Positions 53,832 through 63,519 of a stretch of DNA of 64,000 nucleotides are shown here, piece after piece. The stretch spans positions 84,182 to 148,181 of the forward strand of contig CAVVRG010000007.1 of the NCBI GenBank assembly GCA_963750595.1, in the 5' to 3' direction. The position numbers and the translations under genes were made by a program. The notes under the pieces were generated by a model that saw nothing but the letters and a program-made list of their open reading frames with translations, had not been told where the DNA came from and made no database searches. Every line of letters starts with the position of its first letter. Position 1 is the stretch's first letter. The DNA comes from an uncultured Actinomycetes bacterium (GTDB lineage: Bacteria; Actinomycetota; Thermoleophilia; Gaiellales; Gaiellaceae).

Positions 53832-54134
53832 CGCCGACCGCAGCCGCATCCGCCTGGTTGCGGTAGCTCTCACGTCTCGAGACGTGGAAACCGGGCCCTG
53901 GGATGACAAGAGGCCCGGGTGGGCGGGCCCCTTGTCGAGGGTGGCGCAACTTCGGGCCAGGCGAGTCGCCTGCGGGGAGAGGAGTCGCGCCGGTAGGTCG
54001 ATATCTCTTCCACACGCGCCGACGCGGTCGAGCTTTTCCAGCGGATTTCCACAGGCGGAATGCCGCAATTTCGGACAACTACGTCCGGACTATCCACAGG
54101 CCGGCGAGCTGTCGCGCGCGGCTACACTCAGCCC

Positions 54135-55019
54135 GTGGCGGAGTACGGGACGCTTCGGGTCAAGACCGGCCTCGCGGAGATGCTCAAGGGCGGCGTCATC
54201 ATGGACGTCGTCGACGCCGAGCAGGCGCGCATCGCGGAGGACGCCGGGGCCTGCGCCGTCATGGCGCTCGAGCGTGTCCCCGCGGACATCCGGCGCGACG
54301 GCGGCGTCGCCCGCATGAGCGACCCGCAGAAGATCCGCGAGATCCAGGAGGCCGTCTCCATCCCGGTCATGGCCAAGTGCCGGATCGGGCACTTCGCCGA
54401 GGCCCAGATCCTGGAGGCGCTCGAGGTCGACTACATCGACGAGTCCGAGGTGCTGACGCCCGCCGACGTCGAGCACCACGTGGACAAGTGGCAGTTCACC
54501 GTCCCGTTCGTGTGCGGCGCGACGAACCTCGGCGAGGCGCTCCGGCGAATCTCCGAGGGCGCCGCCATGATCCGCACGAAGGGCGAGGCGGGCACGGGCG
54601 ACATCGTGAACGCGGTCACGCACATGCGGGCCGTCTTCGGCGCGATCCGCCAGCTCGGCGCGCTGCGCGAGGACGAGCTGTACGCGGCCGCGAAGGAGCA
54701 CCGCGCGCCGTACGAGCTCGTGCACTGGGTCGCGGAGAACGGACGGCTCCCGGTCGTGACGTTCACCGCGGGCGGCATCGCCACGCCGGCCGACGCGTCG
54801 CTCTGCATGCAGCTCGGCGCCGACGGCGTGTTCGTCGGCTCGGGGATCTTCAAGTCCGGCGAGCCGGAGACGCGCGCGAAGGCCATCGTCGAGGCGACGA
54901 CGCACTTCGACGACGCGAAGGTGCTCGCCGACGTGTCCACGGGGCTCGGCCAGCCGATGGTCGGTGTCTCGGCGAGCTCGCTCCCGGAGGAGGAGCGGCT
55001 CGAGGTGCGCGGCTGGTAG
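54135..55019 (+). CDS. pdxS: pyridoxal 5'-phosphate synthase lyase subunit PdxS
   Basis: Near-invariant PdxS sequence: '[11 protein letters not shown]…[17 protein letters not shown]…GVARM'. Confidence 0.95.
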   Translation: MAEYGTLRVKTGLAEMLKGGVIMDVVDAEQARIAEDAGACAVMALERVPADIRRDGGVARMSDPQKIREIQEAVSIPVMAKCRIGHFAEAQILEALEVDYIDESEVLTPADVEHHVDKWQFTVPFVCGATNLGEALRRISEGAAMIRTKGEAGTGDIVNAVTHMRAVFGAIRQLGALREDELYAAAKEHRAPYELVHWVAENGRLPVVTFTAGGIATPADASLCMQLGADGVFVGSGIFKSGEPETRAKAIVEATTHFDDAKVLADVSTGLGQPMVGVSASSLPEEERLEVRGW

Positions 55020-55030
55020 CACACCCCTCG

Positions 55031-55597
55031 ATGGAGAGGCAGCCGAGGATCGGAGTGCTCGCGTTGCAGGGCGCGTTCCGCGAGCACGCCCGGGTGCTCC
55101 GGGGTCTCGGCGCCGAGGTCGCCGAGGTCCGGCTCGCGGACGAGGTCGACGGGCTGGACGGGCTCGTGATACCGGGCGGGGAGTCCACCACGATCCTGCG
55201 ACTCGCGCGACGCTACGGGCTGGACGAGGCGATCACGGGGTTCGACGGGCCGATCTTCGGCACGTGCGCCGGGATGATCCTCCTCGGCCGCGATCATCTC
55301 GGGCTCGCCGACCTCGACGTCGACCGCAACGCCTACGGCCGCCAGGTCAGGAGCTTCGAGGCGGACGTGCGCCTGGTGTGGGACGCGACGCCCTTGCGAG
55401 GCGTGTTCATCCGCGCGCCACGCATCCGCGACGCAGGCCCCGACGTCGAGGTGCTGGGCGAGCTCGACGGCGAGCCCGTGCTCGTGCGGGACGGCCGGCT
55501 GCTGCTCGCGGCGTTCCACCCGGAGCTGACGGACGACCCGCGCGTGCACGAGCGCTTCCTGGAGCTGGTGGAGGAGAAGCGGCGTGTCCGGGCATAG
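55031..55597 (+). CDS. pdxT: pyridoxal 5'-phosphate synthase glutaminase subunit PdxT
   Basis: 'IGVLALQGAFREH', 'GTCAGMILL' and 'FHPELT'. Confidence 0.9.
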   Translation: MERQPRIGVLALQGAFREHARVLRGLGAEVAEVRLADEVDGLDGLVIPGGESTTILRLARRYGLDEAITGFDGPIFGTCAGMILLGRDHLGLADLDVDRNAYGRQVRSFEADVRLVWDATPLRGVFIRAPRIRDAGPDVEVLGELDGEPVLVRDGRLLLAAFHPELTDDPRVHERFLELVEEKRRVRA

Positions 55598-56339
55598 CAA
55601 GTGGTCGAGCATCAAGCACAAGAAGGGCGCCGCGGACGCGAAGCGGGGGAAGCTCTTCTCGAAGCTGTCGCGGGCGATCATCGTCGCCGCGAGGGAGGGC
55701 GGGGCGGACCCCGCCGCCAACCTCGCGCTCCAGAACGCGATCGAGAAGGCGCGCTCCTACTCGATGCCCAAGGACAACATCGAGCGCGCGATCGCGAAGG
55801 GCGGGGGAGCCGACGCGGAGGGGTCGGGCTTCGAGACGGTGGTGTACGAGGGCTACGGGCCGGAGGGCGTCGCCGTCCTCGTCGAGGCGCTGACCGACAA
55901 CCGCAACCGCACGGCGTCGGAGGTGCGCCACCTCTTCGCGAAGCACGGCGGCAACCTGGGGGCGACCGGAGCGGTCGCCTGGCAGTTCGAGCGCCGCGGG
56001 CTCGTGCTCGTGAGCGCCGAGGGCGCGGACGAGGAGGCACTGCTGCTCGCGGCGGCCGATGCGGGCGCGGACGACGTGTCCTCCGACGGGTCCACGTTCG
56101 AGGTCTCGAGCGCCCCGGAGAGCCTCGCGGCGGTGCGAGCGGCGCTCGAGGAGGCCGGCTTCCGCGCCGAGTCGGCCGAGCTCGCGATGGTACCCAAGGC
56201 GACGGTCGCGATCGCGGACGAGCCGACCGCCCGCAAGGTGCTGCGCCTCGTCGAGGGGCTCGAGGAGGCCGACGACGTCCAGGACGTCTACGCGAACTTC
56301 GACATCCCCGAGGCGATGCTCGAGACGGTAGCCTCCTGA
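55584..56339 (+). CDS. yebC: YebC/PmpR-family DNA-binding regulator
   Basis: 'MSGHSKWSSIKHKKGAADAKRGKLFSKL'. Confidence 0.9.
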   Translation: MSGHSKWSSIKHKKGAADAKRGKLFSKLSRAIIVAAREGGADPAANLALQNAIEKARSYSMPKDNIERAIAKGGGADAEGSGFETVVYEGYGPEGVAVLVEALTDNRNRTASEVRHLFAKHGGNLGATGAVAWQFERRGLVLVSAEGADEEALLLAAADAGADDVSSDGSTFEVSSAPESLAAVRAALEEAGFRAESAELAMVPKATVAIADEPTARKVLRLVEGLEEADDVQDVYANFDIPEAMLETVAS

Positions 56340-56353
56340 CGTCTGTGGCGACG

Positions 56354-58279
56354 ATGACCGAGTCTGCGGGCCTGCGGGCGAAGCGCATCGAGGCGCTCCT
56401 CTCGGCGCGCCTGTTCGTGGAGCCCCAGCTGGCGGCGGATCGCCTCTACTTCATCTCGAACCTGTCCGGGCACCTGTCCCTGTACGGCATGGACGTCTCC
56501 GGAGGCGTTCCCGAGCCGCTGCTCCCGCCCGGCATCGCCCTCCAGAATCCCGAGCTCGCGGGCGGTCATCTCTTCTTCGTGCTTCCCGCGCTCGACCGGA
56601 TCGTCGTGATGGTCGACCGCGACGGCGACGAGAACTACGAGCCGTGCGTGATCCCGCTCGAGGGCGGGTTCCCGGAGCCGCTCGTCCCCGAGGCCTTCGA
56701 GGGCCGGCGGTCGCACCTCCTCGACGTCGTCCTCCCGACCTCGACCGCGTACTTCTCCGTCGAGTCGCGGGAGGAGTCGATCCGGTCCGGGGTCCGGGTG
56801 GATCTCGCGCACGGCGTCGCCGAAGCGCTGCACTCGAGCACGTACGGCGCGTTCCCGATGGCCTGGGCGCCCGACGGCTCGCGCGTGGTGCTCGCCGACG
56901 GGTACACGGCGGGGGACACGGTCCTCTACGAGCTCGACGGAGAGGGCGAGCGCCGCATGCTCCACGGCACGCCGATCGAGGAGCGCGAGCCCGGCGGGGA
57001 GTATCCGCTCAGCGGCTTCAGGGAGAGCCACGTCACCTCCGGTGGGGCGGGGATGCTCGTCGGGACGGCCCTCTTCGACGACGGCGGCGCGCCCGCGTAC
57101 CTCGACTTCGAGCGGCCGGGGGATCTGGAGCCGGTCCTGATCGAGGGGCTCGCGCACGACGGCGCCGGCGAGCTGGAGAGCATCCGGCAGCTCGAGGGCG
57201 ACCGGTTCGCGCTGATCTACAACATCGACGGCTGCTCCTGGGCCTACGAGGCCCGGCTCGACGAGCCCGGCCGCCGGCTCCGTGTCGATCGCGTGCTGGT
57301 CGGCCGCGGCGCGCTCGAGGGCGGGATCCTGCACGGGCTGCACTTCGACGAGGAAAGCGGCCGCTACGCGCTCTCGTACTGCACCGCCACGGATCCCACG
57401 CAGCTCTGGGTGCTGGAGGCCGACGCCGTGCGGGAGCCGGCAGCGAAGACACGGGAGCGGGTTCTCGGCGTGGCGCCGGCGCTCCTCTCGGCGGGCGAGG
57501 ACGCGTCGTTCGAGTCGCACGACGGGCTGCGCGTCTCGGCGCGCCTCTACCTGCCCTCGGCCGAGCTCGGGCACGAAGGCCCGCGGCCGCTCGTGTACTA
57601 CGTCCACGGCGGGCCGCAGAGCCAGGAGCGCCCCAACTTCGCCTGGTTCTCGATGCCGCTCGTCCAGGTCCTCGCGCTCGAGGGCTTCGCCGTGTTCGTC
57701 CCGAACGTCCGCGGGTCGTCCGGCTACGGGCTCGAGTACATGAAGCGGGTCGACCACGACTGGGGTGGGCTCGACCGCCTCGACCACGTCCACGCGATGA
57801 CCGAGGTGCTCCCGCACGACGACCGCGTCGACGTGTCCCGGGCGGGTGTCGTGGGTCGCTCCTACGGCGGCTACATGACGCTCATGCTCGCCGCGATGCA
57901 CCCCGAGCTGTGGGGCGCTGCGGTGGACATGTTCGGCCCGTACGACCTGCTGACGTTCATGGAGCGGATACCCGAGACGTGGAAGCCGTACTTCGAGCTC
58001 GCCGTCGGCCATCCCGAGCGCGACCGCGAGTTCCTCGTCGAGCGGTCCCCGAAGACGCACATCGAGGGTGTCTCGAGCCCGCTGCTCGTGATCCAGGGGC
58101 AGAACGACCCCCGCGTCGTGGAGCGGGAGTCGCACGACCTCGTGGAGCACCTCCGCGGGGTCGGCAAGACCGTCGACTACCTCGTCTTCGAGGACGAGGG
58201 CCACGACGTGCTCAAGCTCGCGAACCGCGTCCGCTGCTACGAGCGGATCGTCGGGTTCTTCGCAGAGCATCTGGCCTAG
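56354..58279 (+). CDS. S9-family serine peptidase (prolyl oligopeptidase / acylaminoacyl peptidase-like) with beta-propeller N-domain
   Basis: 'GRSYGGYM' nucleophile elbow, with 'QGQNDPRV' and 'EGHD' triad elements. Confidence 0.85.
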   Translation: MTESAGLRAKRIEALLSARLFVEPQLAADRLYFISNLSGHLSLYGMDVSGGVPEPLLPPGIALQNPELAGGHLFFVLPALDRIVVMVDRDGDENYEPCVIPLEGGFPEPLVPEAFEGRRSHLLDVVLPTSTAYFSVESREESIRSGVRVDLAHGVAEALHSSTYGAFPMAWAPDGSRVVLADGYTAGDTVLYELDGEGERRMLHGTPIEEREPGGEYPLSGFRESHVTSGGAGMLVGTALFDDGGAPAYLDFERPGDLEPVLIEGLAHDGAGELESIRQLEGDRFALIYNIDGCSWAYEARLDEPGRRLRVDRVLVGRGALEGGILHGLHFDEESGRYALSYCTATDPTQLWVLEADAVREPAAKTRERVLGVAPALLSAGEDASFESHDGLRVSARLYLPSAELGHEGPRPLVYYVHGGPQSQERPNFAWFSMPLVQVLALEGFAVFVPNVRGSSGYGLEYMKRVDHDWGGLDRLDHVHAMTEVLPHDDRVDVSRAGVVGRSYGGYMTLMLAAMHPELWGAAVDMFGPYDLLTFMERIPETWKPYFELAVGHPERDREFLVERSPKTHIEGVSSPLLVIQGQNDPRVVERESHDLVEHLRGVGKTVDYLVFEDEGHDVLKLANRVRCYERIVGFFAEHLA

Positions 58280-58341
58280 CCCCCTGTTACGCTCGCGCGC
58301 GGCCGGATACCCGTGCCGTCGAAGCGAGAGGAGACAGGCGC

Positions 58342-58864
58342 ATGCGCTGGTTGACGATCGTCGTAGCCGTCCTCGGGCTCGCCCTGGTGGGGGCCGGGTG
58401 CGGAGGAGGGGACGACGAAGCCGCAGGAGATGACACCACGATCGTCACCGAGACGACCGACACCGACGCGACCGAGACGACGGAGGACACGGAGACCGAT
58501 ACGGACTCGACGGGGATCGGCGACCTCACCGAGGATTGCCTCGCCGCGGTGGGCGCGTTCGCGACCTTGGCCAGGCCGTTGCCAGCGCCTTCACCGGCGC
58601 CCAGGGAGCGGACGAATCGGCCGAGCTCTTCGGCGAGTTCGCCGAGAAGGCGCCTGACGAGATCCAGGACGACATCCAGGTGATCGCGGAGGCGTACGCC
58701 GCGTACGTCCAGGAGCTGAGCGACCTGGACCTGAAGCCGGCGCGACGCCGAGCACCGAGCAGATCGAGCAGCTCACAGCGGCCTCGGAGAAGCTCGACAC
58801 GCCCGAGATCCGAGCGGCCTCGGAGAACTTCAACAGCTGGGCGACCGCGAACTGCCCCCGCTGA
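58342..58864 (+). pseudogene. acidic Thr/Asp/Glu-rich lipoprotein, two frameshifts (near 58565 and 58745)
   Basis: Lipobox 'LVGAGCGG' in frame 1, 'LGQAVASAFTGAQGADESAELFGEFAEKAPDEIQDDIQVIAEAYAAYV' in frame 0, and 'TPSTEQIEQLTAASEKLDTPEIRAASENFNSWATANCPR*' in frame 2. Confidence 0.55.
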
Positions 58865-58886
58865 CGGGGCCAGCCCTGCACGTCGA

Positions 58887-58926
58887 CGAAGGCGGCCGCT
58901 TCGCGGCAGCCGCCTTCGCGCTTCAG
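58887..58926 (-). repeat. dispersed element copy H (CTGAAG plus hairpin only)
   Basis: On the minus strand, CTGAAGCG is followed by a 10-bp stem CGAAGGCGGC…GCCGCCTTCG, directly 3' of the collagen-like gene. Confidence 0.5.
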
Positions 58927-58933
58927 AGCAGCG

Positions 58934-59507
58934 TCACGGCGCGACGGTCGCGCAGATCGCGTGCACGACGAGCTTCCAGGTCGAGCTCGTGGCGACGGCC
59001 TCGAACGCCTCGCCCTCCCAGGCGTTGTCGCCGCTCGGCTTGTTCTCGACGACGGTGACGCGGTTCCTGCCGGCCCCGCTGATCTCCACGCCACCGCCCA
59101 GGACCTTCTTCCCGACCGGGCAGGTCACCGTGAGGTTCTTCGGCCCTACGGCGGTGAGGGGCGTCTCGCTGGCGAGCTGCTCCCGCCCGCTCAGGCCGGC
59201 CGGGCCGGCCGGGCCCTGCGGCCCCGTCGGGCCGTGCGGCAGCTGCCCGGGCCTGAAGTCCACCCTGCGCAGGGCGCCGTTCCTGACGTCGGAGGAGGTG
59301 ACGCCGCCGTCGGCGATGTCGGCGGACGTCACCTGCCCGTTCCGGATCTTGACCGTCGTGACGGCGCCGTTCTCGAGCTCCGCCGTCCCGACGCTCGCCC
59401 TCGGGAACCGCGGAGACGGCGGCGATGCTGGTCCCGCCGAGCGCGACGACGAGGGCGCCGGAGGCGAGCACGGTTCCCGGTGACGGAAGCTTCCAGAGCG
59501 TTCGCAT
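58934..59507 (-). pseudogene. secreted protein with a short collagen-like GPTGPQGPAGPAG repeat, frameshift at the CCC run near 59400
   Basis: The signal/anchor 'ASGALVVALGGTSIAAVSAVP' (ORF 58923..59507) joins 'SVGTAELENGAVTTVKI…GPTGPQGPAGPAG…' (ORF 58934..59704) only after a 1-nt correction. Confidence 0.6.
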
Positions 59508-59592
59508 GACGACTCCTCTCGTGTCGTTCTCCGTCCGGCCGACGGTACCTCCGGCGCGGAGGAACGTCCGAAGCCCCGCATAACTTCTTTAC

Positions 59593-60081
59593 GTGAAGGT
59601 CCTCGGCATCGACCCAGGAACGGCTGCGTGCGGGTACGGGATCGTCCACGAAAGCGACGGGCGCCTCCGGGCGGGGGGCTTCGGGTGCTGGCGGACGTCG
59701 GCACGCGAGCGGCCCGACGCGCGGCTGCTCGTGATCTTCGAGGGTGTGCGGGAGCTCATTGCGGAGCACGAGCCGGACGCCGTCGCGCTCGAGGAGTCCT
59801 TCGTGGGTGCCGACGCCCGCATCGCGCTCTCCGTCGGGCAGGCACGCGGCGCCGTGCTCGTCGCGGCCGCGTCCGTCGGGGTCGACTGTGCCGAGTACGC
59901 TCCGGCGCGGGTCAAGCAGACCGTGTGCGGGTACGGACGCGCCGAGAAGGACCAGGTGCAGCGCATGGTGAAGCTCGTCCTGGGGCTCGAGGCCGAGCCG
60001 TCGTCGTCCCACGAGGCCGACGCGCTCGCGGTGGCGATCTGCCATGCGCTCGCGCCTCCCCTGCTCGAGGTCGCGCGATGA
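59593..60081 (+). CDS. ruvC: Holliday junction resolvase RuvC
   Basis: '[16 protein letters not shown]' and '[11 protein letters not shown]'. Confidence 0.9.
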   Translation: MKVLGIDPGTAACGYGIVHESDGRLRAGGFGCWRTSARERPDARLLVIFEGVRELIAEHEPDAVALEESFVGADARIALSVGQARGAVLVAAASVGVDCAEYAPARVKQTVCGYGRAEKDQVQRMVKLVLGLEAEPSSSHEADALAVAICHALAPPLLEVAR

Positions 60082-60648
60082 TCTCGCGCCTCCGCGGGGT
60101 CCCCGCGGGACGATCGGCGGACGGTCTCGTCCTCGACGTGGGAGGCGTCGGGTATCTCGTCGCCGCCACGCCGGGCGCGCTCGCGCGAGCCGACGGTGCA
60201 CGCGAGGTCACGCTCGAGACGTACCTCCACGTCCGTGAGGACGCGCTCCAGCTCTACGGGTTCGCCGACGCGGAGGAGCGTGAGCCTCTTCGTCAGCCTG
60301 CTCGGCGTCAGCGGGATCGGCCCGAAGGTGGCGCTCGCCGTCGTCTCGGGCTCGGCGGCCTCCGAGCTGCGGCGGGCGATCGCCCTCGGCGACGCCGCTC
60401 GCTTCCAGGCGATCCCGGGAATCGGCAAGAAGACGGCGGAGCGGATCGTGCTCGAGCTGAAGGGATCGCTGCCCGACACGCTCGAGCACCGTGGTGACGC
60501 TGGTCCGGCCTCGGCCGAGCTCACCGCGCGTGACGCTCTCGTGGAGCTCGGCTACTCGATCGTGGAGGCCGAGCGCGTGCTCGCCGGCGTGGATCCGGGC
60601 CTCTCGGCGGAGGAACGGGTGCGCGAGGCCCTGAAGAGGGCGGCCTGA
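60078..60648 (+). pseudogene. ruvA: Holliday junction helicase subunit RuvA, apparent 1-nt insertion near 60285 (probably a sequence error)
   Basis: 'MISRLRG…VGGVGYLV…[12 protein letters not shown]' in one frame. '[22 protein letters not shown]…[17 protein letters not shown]' is in the next frame (ORF 60196..60648). The junction is at GAGCCTCTTC. Confidence 0.85.
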
Positions 60649-60650
60649 CG

Positions 60651-61661
60651 GTGAGCTCCCAGTTCCTCGCTCCCGCGCTCGTCGAGGGCGACGAGGAGGT
60701 CGAGCGCTCCCTGCGCCCGCGCCGCCTCGACGACTTCGTCGGGCAGCACCGCACCAAGGAACAGCTCCAGATCGCGCTCGACGCGGCAGGCGGACGGGGG
60801 GAGGCGCTCGACCACGTCCTCCTCGTCGGGCCGCCGGGGCTCGGGAAGACGACGCTCGCGACGATCATCCGGGAGGAGCTCGGGGTCGGCATCCGGACGG
60901 TGGCGGGCCCCGCGCTCGAGCGAAAGGGCGACATGGCCGCGATCCTCACGGGCCTCGACGCGCGCGACGTCCTCTTCATCGACGAGATCCACCGCGTGAA
61001 CCGCGCGATCGAGGAGATCCTCTACCCGGCGCTCGAGGACTTCCGGCTGGACATCATCGTCGGCCAGGGTGCCGCGGCGCGCACGCTCACGCTCGACCTT
61101 CCGCCGTTCACCCTCGTCGGCGCCACGACCCGGACGGGCCTCCTCACGACGCCGCTCCGCGACCGCTTCGGCATGACCTTCCGTCTCGGCTACTACGAGC
61201 CCGCCGAGCTCGCCTCCATCGTCCGCAGGTCGGCGGGGATCCTCGGGGTGGAGATCGAGGACTCGGCCTCCGACGAGATCGCGGGGAGGGCCCGTGGCAC
61301 GCCCCGGGTCGCGAACCGCATCCTGCGCCGCGTCCGGGACGTCGCGGAGGTGCGTCACACGGGCGCCGTCACGCTCGACGTGGCCCGCGAGGCGCTCGAG
61401 CTGCTCGAGGTGGACGAGGCGGGGCTCGAGCGCATCGACCGGGAGCTGCTGTCGGCGATCGCGGACAAGTTCGGAGGCGGGCCGGTCGGGCTGTCGACCC
61501 TGTCCGTGACGCTCGGCGAGGAGCCGGACACGATCGAGGACGTGTACGAGCCGTATCTCCTCCAGCTCGGGTTCCTCCAGCGGACGCCGCGGGGCCGCGT
61601 GATCACCGCGCTCGGGCGCGACCACATCGGGGTGGCTGCCCCGGCCGACGGCCTCTTCTGA
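60651..61661 (+). CDS. ruvB: Holliday junction ATP-dependent helicase RuvB
   Basis: '[11 protein letters not shown]', 'LFIDEIHR' and '[18 protein letters not shown]'. Confidence 0.95.
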   Translation: MSSQFLAPALVEGDEEVERSLRPRRLDDFVGQHRTKEQLQIALDAAGGRGEALDHVLLVGPPGLGKTTLATIIREELGVGIRTVAGPALERKGDMAAILTGLDARDVLFIDEIHRVNRAIEEILYPALEDFRLDIIVGQGAAARTLTLDLPPFTLVGATTRTGLLTTPLRDRFGMTFRLGYYEPAELASIVRRSAGILGVEIEDSASDEIAGRARGTPRVANRILRRVRDVAEVRHTGAVTLDVAREALELLEVDEAGLERIDRELLSAIADKFGGGPVGLSTLSVTLGEEPDTIEDVYEPYLLQLGFLQRTPRGRVITALGRDHIGVAAPADGLF

Positions 61662-61978
61662 TGTCGTCCCAGATCTGGACTCCCGGCATGGCGGGTCCGC
61701 TGGACGAGTTCGTGGCTCGGCTCGCGCGCATGGTCGGGGCGTTCGCCGAGGAGCACGAGCTCGAGCAGGCGGAGGTGCGGATCGAGCTCGCGGACGGCTC
61801 GCGCCACGTCCTGGCGACCGCGACGGCCGAGCCGGGGTTCGGGTTCTTCTCCTTCACGCCGCACCCGGAGGACGGGGGAGACCCGCGGCGGGTCATCATC
61901 CCGATCGGCGCGGTGAAGACAATCGAGATCTCCGCGCCCGACCCGGCATCGCCGTTCGGGTTCGCGACACCAGAGTAA
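61661..61978 (+). CDS. small hypothetical protein translationally coupled to ruvB
   Basis: TGATG overlap with the ruvB stop; 105 aa; no family recognised. Confidence 0.5.
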   Translation: MSSQIWTPGMAGPLDEFVARLARMVGAFAEEHELEQAEVRIELADGSRHVLATATAEPGFGFFSFTPHPEDGGDPRRVIIPIGAVKTIEISAPDPASPFGFATPE

Positions 61979-61990
61979 CGCCGGACGGCG

Positions 61991-62704
61991 CTACGCCCCG
62001 CCGCTGGATGGCGGCGACGGGAACCGCGCGTCGAGCTGCTCGGCGAACTTCGGGATCGCATGGTTCGCCCAGGCGAAGAACGAGGCGATCGAGAGAAGGA
62101 AGAAGACGCCTCCGACGGCCAGGCATCCGGCAAGCCCGAGGTCCAGACCGACCCCTGCGATGCCAGCCGTCGCGCCGGCGACGACGGAGTTGACGACAGC
62201 CACCGCGCCGGGGGCCGCGATGAACGCTTGCACTCGCCCCGGCGGTCGGCGTATGGCCATGGCGGATTGGAGGACGCCGGCTCTGTCGTCGTAGGGGCTC
62301 GTGACGAAGTACGGCTCGAGCTCCGGTGCGAGCTCGAGATATGCGTGGCGGATCCGGTTCATCCCCTGCACCCAACGAGCGTCCTCGCGGTTCACCTGGG
62401 AGAGGCGGGCGATCGTCACGACGCCGAGGAAGTACACGACCGGGAGGAGCACGAGCGCGAACACGACGAACCCGGTGTCGAACTCAGTTGCCTGCCCGAC
62501 GAGCGCCAGCGCGACCACGGAGCCCGTGAGGGCCGCGACGAAGATCGCCGTCCGGCTCATGGCCTCGGTGTAGGCGAGGCTGCGGGCTGCGAGCAGGCTC
62601 CAGTGCTCGGTTGTCAGGATCTGCAACGCGTGCGGCCCGAGCGCCGAGGGTGGCGCTCCGGCGTGCGCCGTCGGGACGCGGGACGTGGGATCGGGCTCCA
62701 GCAC
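61991..62704 (-). CDS. hypothetical integral membrane protein
   Basis: 4-5 hydrophobic helices; 237 aa. Confidence 0.55.
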   Translation of the reverse strand: MLEPDPTSRVPTAHAGAPPSALGPHALQILTTEHWSLLAARSLAYTEAMSRTAIFVAALTGSVVALALVGQATEFDTGFVVFALVLLPVVYFLGVVTIARLSQVNREDARWVQGMNRIRHAYLELAPELEPYFVTSPYDDRAGVLQSAMAIRRPPGRVQAFIAAPGAVAVVNSVVAGATAGIAGVGLDLGLAGCLAVGGVFFLLSIASFFAWANHAIPKFAEQLDARFPSPPSSGGA

Positions 62705-62756
62705 GGGCGCTGGCCGCAGTCTACGGCCGCCTGGAAGCGCGCGACCGCCTGCGGCC

Positions 62757-63212
62757 TCATGCGCGGTACTGGTGGTCGTGCCAGGAGGGCACGGGCGCCA
62801 GCTCGAGCAGCGTCCGGCCGCCCTGCGGCTCGGCGTAGCCGAAGTCGCCCGTGTCGTCCTCGAACGCGACGTCGAGCAGCCCCTCCTTGACGCGGTGGTC
62901 GAGCCAGGCTCCGCGGAACACGAGCTTGCGGAGCCAGTAGACGAGCGACTCCCCGTTGACGAGCGACACGAGCTCCCAGTGCCGCAGGAGGTAGAGCCCG
63001 AGGCCGCTGCGCGGATCGACGATGCGGCCGTCCGCCGCGAGCTCGACGAGGTCCGCCGCCTCGTCCCCGTCGAGGTCGTTGGAGGCGACGAGGCCGAGCC
63101 GCACCGCCGCGGCGGTGACGCGCTCCTCGAAGTCCTCCACGCTGAACTCGAACCGGTGGCCGAGGAACTCGACGACGAAATCGTCCCCGGAGCGATAGTT
63201 GGCAGCGAGCAT
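62757..63212 (-). CDS. hypothetical protein
   Basis: Start chosen at MLAANYRSG. The upstream part of the track ORF is Thr/Ala-rich and overlaps the + ORF. Confidence 0.45.
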   Translation of the reverse strand: MLAANYRSGDDFVVEFLGHRFEFSVEDFEERVTAAAVRLGLVASNDLDGDEAADLVELAADGRIVDPRSGLGLYLLRHWELVSLVNGESLVYWLRKLVFRGAWLDHRVKEGLLDVAFEDDTGDFGYAEPQGGRTLLELAPVPSWHDHQYRA

Positions 63213-63444
63213 CGCGATCAGCGTATCTACGCTTACCGACGTGAAGGACAGGCGGATCTGGGCGGTGATGATCGTCGTAGTGGCCGCGGTCTGGCTCGTC
63301 GGCGCCGCGGTCACGAAGTACACGCTGGAGCAGATGGCCTTCGTCACGCCCATCGCGATGGTGGTTGTCGGCGCCTCGATCGGGATCGTCCTGCTGTGGG
63401 TCAAGGTCGTCCTCGATTCCGTCCGCAGGCGCCGCGAGTCGTAG
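63199..63444 (+). CDS. possible small two-TM membrane protein
   Basis: ORF only. Hydrophobic 'VMIVVVAAVWLVGAAV' and 'IAMVVVGASIGIVLLWV'. Confidence 0.3.
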   Translation: MAASIAISVSTLTDVKDRRIWAVMIVVVAAVWLVGAAVTKYTLEQMAFVTPIAMVVVGASIGIVLLWVKVVLDSVRRRRES

Positions 63445-63519
63445 CCTCACCGGGCGCTAGATTCGTAGCCTCGCCGGGCGCGAGAAACGCCGTCCGAGCC
63501 CGTCCGTACCGTCCTTCGG

